Source: an uncultured Spirochaetota bacterium (GTDB taxonomy: Bacteria; Spirochaetota; Spirochaetia; SZUA-6; Fen-1364). From it: a DNA stretch of 64,000 bases. The stretch is taken from NCBI GenBank assembly GCA_963820525.1, contig CAWGAA010000001.1, positions 672,001-736,000 on the forward strand. The letters run 5' to 3'. This document shows positions 56,740 to 64,000 of this stretch, one piece after another; position 1 is the stretch's first letter, and each line of letters starts with the position of its first letter. A program made the position numbers and the translations under genes. Below the pieces are notes generated by a model. It was not told the origin of the DNA. It saw only the letters and a list, made by a program, of their open reading frames with translations, and ran no database searches.

Positions 56740-57324
56740 ATGAGCAAGGTGCTGCTAATTGATTACGAAAACGTTCAGGGGATTAACCTTGGGCAGATAG
56801 TAGGAACGGACTATAGAGTGTGTATATTCACTGGAAGTTCTCAAAGTAAGATACCAATTGACCTAGTCAGTTCCACTCAGGCCTTGGGCAATAGACTGGA
56901 ATGGATCAGAATTGATGGCAATGGACCGAATGCACTGGACTTTCACATTGCATATTACCTCGGTTCGCATATCGCTAAGTTTCCTAGCAATGAGTACTTT
57001 GTATTGTCCAAGGACAAGGGATTTGATCCTTTGATGAAACACATTGCAAAGGAGAATTTGACCTGCAAGAGAATAACAAATATATCGGAACTCCTCTCAA
57101 ACAAAAAAGTAAAGGGGCCAGATGGAGACTATGAAAAAGTACTTTTGAACTTAAAGAAGATTGAGAAAAGCAAACGACCCAAGAATACAAAGACCCTCAA
57201 GCAGCATATGAAAACGATAGTTGGTAGAACTCAAACTGAGGATAGACTCAATCGCATAGTTGAACAACTCTTCGCTTCTAAGGTGATAATTGAACAAGAC
57301 GGCAGACTGATGTACAAGACTTGA
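56740..57324 (+). CDS. PIN/NYN-like domain protein (cassette)
   Basis: LLIDYENVQ, GPNALDFHIAYYLG, LSKDKGFDPL. Confidence 0.85.
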   Translation: MSKVLLIDYENVQGINLGQIVGTDYRVCIFTGSSQSKIPIDLVSSTQALGNRLEWIRIDGNGPNALDFHIAYYLGSHIAKFPSNEYFVLSKDKGFDPLMKHIAKENLTCKRITNISELLSNKKVKGPDGDYEKVLLNLKKIEKSKRPKNTKTLKQHMKTIVGRTQTEDRLNRIVEQLFASKVIIEQDGRLMYKT

Positions 57325-57486
57325 CAACATAACATGCTGTTGGAGTTGACCGCCTAGGCTACGCTTCGTGACTCATAACTACGCGCGGTAAAGCCTTTTG
57401 TACTTGGATGATTCGGGGCGGCAACTCAACAGCGTCGTTATGCGTGTCTGTGAAACTAACCTAGCCTGAAGTAAGTGAGGCACCTA

Positions 57487-58458
57487 ATGTATCCCTATGA
57501 AGATCTCGGGAAAATCCTCTCAAGGCAACTGAAGGCAATGTCAGCTATCCCAGACTTGTCGAAATCATTGCAGCTCCTAAGGCAGCCCTTACTTCCGAAC
57601 GGCTTGATAGAGGCTGTAAAGGCAATTAGCTCCCAAAACATGTCATCAATCTTCAAGCTTTCCCAAGATATGAACCGCATTACTGGCATTACATCCGGAT
57701 TGTACCAGACCTTTGCCAGAATGAACTGGCCCGCCGTCCAAACAGCAATCGCTTTGAGAGACTTCTATTCGCCATCCTTCAAAGCCATAGAAGCAATCCA
57801 AAAGAGTATTGCCTCTACCGCGTTTCCCTTGATCTCGATGAATGAGGTTAGAAGCTTATCAGGCGCGGCCAACATCTACAAGGACTTAGCGTCGGCTGCA
57901 GACTTGGCAGCAAATTCCCACAGTTTCATCCACGAAGAATTGGCCACGATAAGCGAAGTCGAAGATTTCAGTGACGATGCTGAGGTTGAAGAAGGATTCA
58001 GAAAGATAGAGACGTCCATCGTAGAACAGATTCGGAAGACACCTGCTATCCGAATATCTTTCGAAGGATGGGTTAGCCTGCTGCTTACGCTGTTCATCTT
58101 TCTCTATGGAAAGATATCATCAGATGAATTCCAAGCGCGAATTGAAGCTAAGGCCGATTCGCTCGAAAGGCTTGACAACAGGATTATAGAGTCACAGAAG
58201 AAGATATACGATGCCTTGGTTCAGCACATGATCAGCAGTGAGGCAGGGGGAACTGCATACGTTGTTACAAGGGAAGTAACCCTAAGAGCAAGACCATCAT
58301 CAAGAGCACAGGCCGTTGCGCGTTTATTTCCAAATCAGATCTTAAAACTTGATTCCCGAAAAGGAAAATGGATTCGCGTAACCTTTTTCGACTACGTTGC
58401 TGCCAGTGTTCGGACCGGATGGGTCCTCAAGAAATATACCAAACGAATAGCCAAATAG
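57487..58458 (+). CDS. Hypothetical protein with TM helix and C-terminal bacterial SH3 domain (cassette)
   Basis: WVSLLLTLFIFLY; VTLRARPSS...GKWIRV...GWV..KY. Confidence 0.75.
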   Translation: MYPYEDLGKILSRQLKAMSAIPDLSKSLQLLRQPLLPNGLIEAVKAISSQNMSSIFKLSQDMNRITGITSGLYQTFARMNWPAVQTAIALRDFYSPSFKAIEAIQKSIASTAFPLISMNEVRSLSGAANIYKDLASAADLAANSHSFIHEELATISEVEDFSDDAEVEEGFRKIETSIVEQIRKTPAIRISFEGWVSLLLTLFIFLYGKISSDEFQARIEAKADSLERLDNRIIESQKKIYDALVQHMISSEAGGTAYVVTREVTLRARPSSRAQAVARLFPNQILKLDSRKGKWIRVTFFDYVAASVRTGWVLKKYTKRIAK

Positions 58459-58576
58459 GATCTGAGACACGCATAACAAGTCGTTGAAGCCGACGCCTTA
58501 ACTTCAGACTGTTTCGTAGAGACTTCTTCCGCAATGCTTCACAAGGTCTGATTCGGCGGCGCGGCTTAACTCTATG

Positions 58577-58968
58577 TTATCTCCATCTAGATTTATAGTG
58601 ATTAGCAAATAAGCAACGAATTATTAATTCAAGAATATTGGATAAGACGTTTTTTAATAGCTTGCTTTCCCATGATGGCGTTGGCATTGAGCGGGAAGGA
58701 TGGCTGTGTTGTACTAGTTTGCCTGCTTGTTTTTAGGTTCAATACACTGCTCGTCACCTTGGCTTATTGTCACCGATTACATTATAGGGCTCGGATCAAG
58801 CTCTTTTAATTGATTCGATTGCTCTTTTTCTGTTTTCCTCAACGCCATCATACTGGATGGAGATAACATGTCGTTGCAGCTGACCGCCCAAGCTACGCGC
58901 CTTTACTTGAAACTACGCGTGCTCAGGTATTTCCTTTTCTTGAGGCGGGGCGGCAGCTGAACTCCTCG
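58577..58968 (+). repeat. Family A cassette
   Basis: Family A IR and motifs. Confidence 0.92.
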
Positions 58969-59193
58969 TTATATCCACGCTAAAGAAATTCTTTGGGAGA
59001 ATGTTCTGCTTCTTCTGTTTTGAATTACTCAAAGCAAATTAAGAATTCTATTTCGCAATCTTGCAGGTTTTACCTTGTTGAATTCTTCTGATACCTTTGC
59101 GCGGGCGTAACCGTCAAATAAACCCCACCTTGCGGCCGGCATAAAAAGCCGCGATCCTGAGCCCACTCAATTCAGGGAATCAGGAGGCCGTAG

Positions 59194-59535
59194 ATGGAGT
59201 CAAGACAGGAGAATCGAAAACAACCACGCAGAAACGCAGAGAAATGGAGCGAGCTCATCACCGCGTGGCGATCAAGCGGGAAGACGAGAAAGGCATGGTG
59301 CCAGGAACAAGGGATACCCTACGAATCCCTGAGGCGATGGGTGAAGCGATTGCGCGGCTCCGCCGACGGATTGTCATTTGTAGGAATCCGCGACACATCC
59401 CAAGCCCTGGATGCTGCGGAGCAGGCGCGCGTGAGAGTAAGCAGAGATGGAGATATTGAACTGTATGGAAACATCGGCGAGGAGCTTCTGCGCAGAGTGC
59501 TGCGCGTGATGCGGGAGACGGCTGATGTTCATTGA
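59194..59535 (+). CDS. tnpA: IS66 accessory protein TnpA
   Basis: W.ELI..WRSSG.TRKAWC.EQGI....LRRW HTH; position in the element. Confidence 0.88.
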   Translation: MESRQENRKQPRRNAEKWSELITAWRSSGKTRKAWCQEQGIPYESLRRWVKRLRGSADGLSFVGIRDTSQALDAAEQARVRVSRDGDIELYGNIGEELLRRVLRVMRETADVH

Positions 59536-59872
59536 ATGGAGCAACGTCAAGATATTTGTTCGTCCGGGCGCGACGGATTTGAGAAAACAGATAAACGGAC
59601 TGGCCATCCTGGTACAGACGGCGATGGGCAAAGATCCGCTTTCCGGACACCTCTACCTTTTCAGCAATCATGAGAAACGTCTCCTGAAGGTCCTGTACTG
59701 GGATCGAAACGGGTTCTGCATGTGGCAGAAAAGGCTGGAGCGGGATCGCTTCCCCTGGCCAAGAACGGAAGAGGCAGCGCGGGAGATCAGCTTGGAGCAG
59801 CTTCGGATGCTGCTTTCGGGAATCGACTTCTGGAACGCGCACCAGAGCCTCGCGTATACCGCGGTCGTATAA
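59525..59872 (+). CDS. tnpB: IS66 accessory protein TnpB
   Basis: TDLRKQINGL, LYLFSN, KVLYWDRNGF..W.KRLE..RFPWP. Confidence 0.93.
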   Translation: MFIEWSNVKIFVRPGATDLRKQINGLAILVQTAMGKDPLSGHLYLFSNHEKRLLKVLYWDRNGFCMWQKRLERDRFPWPRTEEAAREISLEQLRMLLSGIDFWNAHQSLAYTAVV

Positions 59873-59911
59873 AAACATCTAGATTTTAAGGCCCCATCAT
59901 GGTATTCTCAT

Positions 59912-61558
59912 GTGGTGAACGAAAAACTGGGAGAACTACCGAACAACGTCGAACAGCTGCACGAGCTGGTTCGACGGATTGTCAGGGAGCACGATGAAGA
60001 GCTCGCTCGACTGCAGGCCGAGTTGGAGAAGGAGCGCAGCGAACGAATCGAGCACCAAAACAAGGCCATAGAGCATTTCGAAGAGCTGCAGCTTCTGCGG
60101 CGCAAGCTCTTTGGCCGCAGCGCCGAGAAGCTATCCGAGGAGGAGCAAAAGCAGCTTCTTCTTTTCAACGAGGCGGAGGATATCGTATTCAGCCAACAAC
60201 AGGAGCCTGCCGCCGAGGAGCGCATTGAGGTAAGGGCGCACACGCGGGTGAAGCGGGGCAGAAAGCCGCTGCCGCCTGAGCTTCCCCGTGTGGAGATGGT
60301 CCACGACATAAGTGAAGAAGACAAGAAATGTGCCTGCGGACAGGAGCTTACACGTATCGGAGAGGAAAGCCTCGAGAAACTTGAGGTCATCCCGCCCCAG
60401 ATACGGGTACGGCGGCACCTGAGACCCCAGTACGCCTGCAAGGCCTGCGAAGGCTCCGGGGATGAGGACCGTCCCGCGGTGCGGATCGCCCCGGCGGTGA
60501 GGCAGCTTCTTCCCAAGAGCATCGCCTCACCGGCACTGGTGGCCTACATAATGACGGCGAAGTTCTGCGACGCCCTGCCGTTCTACCGCCAAGAGAAGCA
60601 GTTTCAGCGCATCGGAGTAGATATCAGCCGCCAGGACATGGCCAACTGGAGCATCGCGGTATTCCATAGGCTTGCGCCGGTTATCGAGCTACTTCGAGCA
60701 GAGATTCGAAGAGGCCCGCATGTAGGAATCGACGAGACGACCCTTCAGGTGATGGGGGAGCCGGATCGCCCCAATACTTCAAAGTCGTATATGTGGGTGT
60801 TCCTGGGAGGCAGTCCGAAAAGACCCGTGGTTGAGTTTCAGTATCATCCCACACGATCCGGTAAGGTTCCCCTTGAGGCTCTGCGGGGTTACAACGGCTT
60901 CATCCAGACTGATGGCTATGACGGATATAACGAAGTGGGAAGCCAACCCGGAGTCATTCACGCGACCTGTTGGGCGCACTCGCGTAGAAAGTTCTTCGAG
61001 GCCAAGGAGGCATCCAAGCAGGCGGGAAGTGTCGATGAGGCCCTGGCACGAATCGATGCTCTGTTCAGGATCGAGCGGACCTTAAGAGCTCAAGAGCTTT
61101 CACCGCAGGAGTTCGTCCGCCAACGGCGAGAGCAGGCCGAACCCGTGTTGGAAAAGCTCAAGGCGTGGCTTCACAAGCGTCAGGGGCAGGTTCCCCCGTC
61201 TCTGCTTCTGGGCAAAGCGATCGCCTACACCATCGAGCAGTGGCCCAAGATGATTCGGTACCTGGACAGTCCCGATTTGGGTCCGAGTAATAACGCGGTC
61301 GAGCAGGCGATACGGCCGTTTGTGGTGGGAAGAAAAAATTGGATGCTATCTGGGAGCCCCGCGGGCGCCGAAGCCAGTGCGGGGTGGTACAGTATCATCG
61401 AGACGGCCAAACTGAACGGCGTGGAGCCCTACCTATATCTTCGCTACATTCTCTCGCGGCTTCCTGAGAGCGACAACCCTGAGGATTATCGTGAGCTGCT
61501 TCCCTGGAATGTTCCACGCGAGTCTCTGCTGAACTTTGATTCCGGTCATTTGTTCTGA
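59912..61558 (+). CDS. tnpC: IS66 DDE transposase TnpC
   Basis: LFGRSAEK, zinc finger, LPFYRQ, IDET, QTDGY, CWAHSRRKF, NNAVEQAIRP.VVGRKNW. Confidence 0.95.
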   Translation: MVNEKLGELPNNVEQLHELVRRIVREHDEELARLQAELEKERSERIEHQNKAIEHFEELQLLRRKLFGRSAEKLSEEEQKQLLLFNEAEDIVFSQQQEPAAEERIEVRAHTRVKRGRKPLPPELPRVEMVHDISEEDKKCACGQELTRIGEESLEKLEVIPPQIRVRRHLRPQYACKACEGSGDEDRPAVRIAPAVRQLLPKSIASPALVAYIMTAKFCDALPFYRQEKQFQRIGVDISRQDMANWSIAVFHRLAPVIELLRAEIRRGPHVGIDETTLQVMGEPDRPNTSKSYMWVFLGGSPKRPVVEFQYHPTRSGKVPLEALRGYNGFIQTDGYDGYNEVGSQPGVIHATCWAHSRRKFFEAKEASKQAGSVDEALARIDALFRIERTLRAQELSPQEFVRQRREQAEPVLEKLKAWLHKRQGQVPPSLLLGKAIAYTIEQWPKMIRYLDSPDLGPSNNAVEQAIRPFVVGRKNWMLSGSPAGAEASAGWYSIIETAKLNGVEPYLYLRYILSRLPESDNPEDYRELLPWNVPRESLLNFDSGHLF

Positions 61559-61997
61559 ATAAAGCAGGAGCGCACCCCCTCGGCGTCCGAATTCAGGGGT
61601 GGGGTTTATTTGACGGTTACGCGCGGGCCATCTACGTTCCTGTTGGAACAGCTCGCGCACGTTAGCTAAAGGGGCATTAATTACCTTTTTTAGCATCACT
61701 TTCTTTCGCTTTGCTTGAATTCTATCATCAATCAACTAACCTGATATTTGCTCCATATCGTTAGGCTTGTCTTTTGGCCCGCGCATATTGGTCTGTTTCC
61801 GCGTAGATATAACATGCTGTTGGAGTTGACCGCCTAGGCTACGCGTCGTTACTTATAGCTACGCGTATTAAAGCTCTTGTACTTGGATGATTCGGGGCGG
61901 CAACTCAACAGCGTCGTTAGATTTCTTAAAGATAGAGAAACTATTTGCTGACCACAAATGCTGTTAGAAACGCTCGTCGCTTTCCTGTGGAGATAGC

Positions 61998-62744
61998 ATG
62001 ATAGTCAAATTTCTTGGAACTGGTGGTTTTATCAACAGAGGAATACCATACAATTCCTTCCTGATTGATAATGTCCACCTTATCGAAGCTCCACCAGACC
62101 TTATGATTTCCCTATATAATAATGGAATACATTGTCACCAGCTCAATAGTATTTTTCTCTCTCACTTTCATGGTGACCATTATTTCGGAATGCCTTTCTT
62201 CATCCTAAATCTGTTCAATTATTACCTTGAATATGATAAGCCAATCAAAAGGATTAATCTAATTGGCCCAAAAGGTATTAGAGACAATATAATTGAGTTA
62301 CAGAAGGTTGCGGTTGCTCCAGACAATCCATCTGTTTCCTGGATAGACGACGTATTTGATTTCGTTGAAATCGATCAATTCTTTAAAGTTCAATTTAGCG
62401 ATTCAAGCGAAATGATCTTTCACCGAATGAACCATACCATGGAAACATACGGCTTTTCCATTATAGATCAGGGCAAGTATAAACTCACTTATTTGGCTGA
62501 CACTAAATGGGATGCTTCCTTCAGTCAGATTTTATTGAAAAAGCCTCAAGTTGTTATTTGTGACCTCAACAGTAACTCTTTTGATAAAATAAAAGCACAT
62601 ATGTCGGAATCTGATATTATCGAGAAGGCTATGCGTATAACTGGAAAGGATACTCAATATATAGGAACACACTTAAGAGATAATCAATCCATTGATAGAG
62701 AGAATCTTCAGTATGCCCAAACGGGAAAAGAATATCAAATATAA
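61998..62744 (+). CDS. MBL-fold metallo-hydrolase (RNase Z-like) (cassette)
   Basis: FLGTGG, SHFHGDH, H..ETYG, YLADT, H, TH. Confidence 0.88.
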   Translation: MIVKFLGTGGFINRGIPYNSFLIDNVHLIEAPPDLMISLYNNGIHCHQLNSIFLSHFHGDHYFGMPFFILNLFNYYLEYDKPIKRINLIGPKGIRDNIIELQKVAVAPDNPSVSWIDDVFDFVEIDQFFKVQFSDSSEMIFHRMNHTMETYGFSIIDQGKYKLTYLADTKWDASFSQILLKKPQVVICDLNSNSFDKIKAHMSESDIIEKAMRITGKDTQYIGTHLRDNQSIDRENLQYAQTGKEYQI

Positions 62745-62985
62745 GAAATCTAACATGCTGTTGGAGTTGACCGCCTAGGCTACGCGTCGTGACAAAAAGC
62801 TACGCGCGGCAAAGCCTTTTGTACTTGTATGATTCGGGGCGGCAACTCAACAGCGTCGTTATATGCCATTTTTCCTATAGGCCTTCTTTTGCTCTCCTTG
62901 GCATTATATTTTTCACTACTAGTCTGCCTTTAAGGTTTTTCTTTGAAAAGTGCCAAATTCGTACAGTTCTTTGGAGATTATATCG

Positions 62986-63615
62986 ATGGGTGAACATGCA
63001 ACACTGATAAAATTTGGCGATAGCCAGCATCTTTTAGAGCTACAAGAAGATGGTCTTCTGTATATGAATAATCTTCCATATTTCTGGCATATAGAGGATA
63101 GCTTCCTTCGCGGAGATTCAGAAGATAGTGTTGCTGAAGTCCATAGAGGATCTATCGGATCTGTAACATTTAACGATGGCACAGTATTGAACATTTCTGA
63201 TTGGAACCTGCTACTACCTCCATCTTACCCAGAAAAGATTAACATTTTCTGCATGTATGCATTACGTCCTTTTGCCTATAGTTTTCCTGTCAATGAACAA
63301 AACTACATGTTCGGAGATACCGCACTAGTTCTGCTACAGCCTCAAGAATTCATAAATAGGATACATTCCTTTCTCCAAGACAGGAGTATTCCGCATCACG
63401 CAGCCTTGGTAGCATATGTAAATACTGATAACCAAGGTAGAATGGGCCCATTTGTTAAACGAAATAATTTCATCTATCAATCTGAATGGAGATTGGTTTG
63501 CTATGAAGGTCCGGGCAATGCACGAACTGACATCAGAATTGGAAGCATAAGAGATATTTCCAAAATCATCCCTAGCAAAGAAATCAATAATCAAATTAAG
63601 ATAAATGGCATATAA
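62986..63615 (+). CDS. Hypothetical protein, homologous to 52015..52707 (cassette)
   Basis: Shared motifs as above; start after GGAG; stop overlaps R''. Confidence 0.75.
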   Translation: MGEHATLIKFGDSQHLLELQEDGLLYMNNLPYFWHIEDSFLRGDSEDSVAEVHRGSIGSVTFNDGTVLNISDWNLLLPPSYPEKINIFCMYALRPFAYSFPVNEQNYMFGDTALVLLQPQEFINRIHSFLQDRSIPHHAALVAYVNTDNQGRMGPFVKRNNFIYQSEWRLVCYEGPGNARTDIRIGSIRDISKIIPSKEINNQIKINGI

Positions 63616-63720
63616 CATGCTGTTGGAGCAGACCGCTTAAGCTACGCTTCGTTACCAATGACTACGCGCGGCAAAGCCTATTGTATTTAGCTGATGCGGC
63701 GCGGCTGCTCAACAGCGTCG

Positions 63721-64000
63721 TTACATCCACGCTAATAATTTCTTTGATAGAATATTTTGCCTGTTCTGTTTTGAATTATTCAAAGCAAATAAAGAATTCG
63801 ATTTAGCAATCTTGCAGGTTTTACTTTGGTGAATTCCTCTGATACTTTTGCGCGGGCCATGTAAGTTCCCATTGGAACAGCTCGCGCCCATTAGCTGAAA
63901 GGGCATCATCAACTTTTAACATCATTTTCTTTCGCTATGCCCGAATTCTATCATCAATCAATTAACCTTATATTTTCTTCATATCGTGAAGCTTCTTTGC
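63721..64000 (+). repeat. Family B cassette, cut by window end
   Basis: Near-identical to the start of 20316. Confidence 0.9.

Larger units (their letters stand above)
59107..61620 (+). mobile_element. IS66-family insertion sequence, 2514 bp
   Basis: Perfect 23-bp TIRs GTAACCGTCAAATAAACCCCACC; 8-bp target duplication GCGCGGGC (59099-59106, 61621-61628). Confidence 0.96.
58969..61916 (+). repeat. Family B2 cassette interrupted by IS66
   Basis: Leader 58969-59106 and remainder 61629-61916 rejoin into a B2-type cassette. Confidence 0.9.
11478..64000 (+). mobile_element. Integron gene-cassette array, about 82 cassettes, continues past window end
   Basis: Recurrent ~115 bp imperfect palindromes (AAC-N5-GTTG...CCGCC...GGCGG...AAC-N5/6-GTT) follow every ORF or ORF-less unit. 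Confidence 0.97.

Noticed and set aside
59525..59872. IS66 TnpB as an RNA-guided TnpB nuclease
   Set aside because: Name overlap only: it is the 115-aa IS66 accessory protein with no RuvC domain, and the IS200 element has no tnpB

Overview
Bases 1-~9.8 kb are GC-rich backbone: a truncated B12-binding radical SAM gene, transketolase, a frameshifted serine hydrolase, DUF488, an AlkA-like glycosylase, an AhpD/CMD protein, ComA and MmgE/PrpD. An integron integrase (10089-11324, minus strand) follows, then a chromosomal-type cassette array that runs from 11478 off the window end. By eye I count 82 cassettes and 81 complete attC sites of about 115 bp. Only 28 cassettes carry recognisable ORFs: four TA pairs, two GNATs, three alpha/beta hydrolases, nuclease-like proteins, a methyltransferase and others. 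The other 54 lack a conserved ORF: family A (37 copies), family B (14), a divergent B relative C (2) and a mini form D (1). They share one layout: an AT-rich leader, then a 160-180 nt element (64 nt in D) closed by a near-invariant GC-rich inverted repeat with internal hairpins, a short tail and attC. These look like amplified, recombining structured-RNA (or ssDNA) cassettes and are the main candidate novel system. IS1380, IS200 and IS66 elements interrupt three cassettes. Product names come from motif recognition only, and counts and alignments were done by hand.
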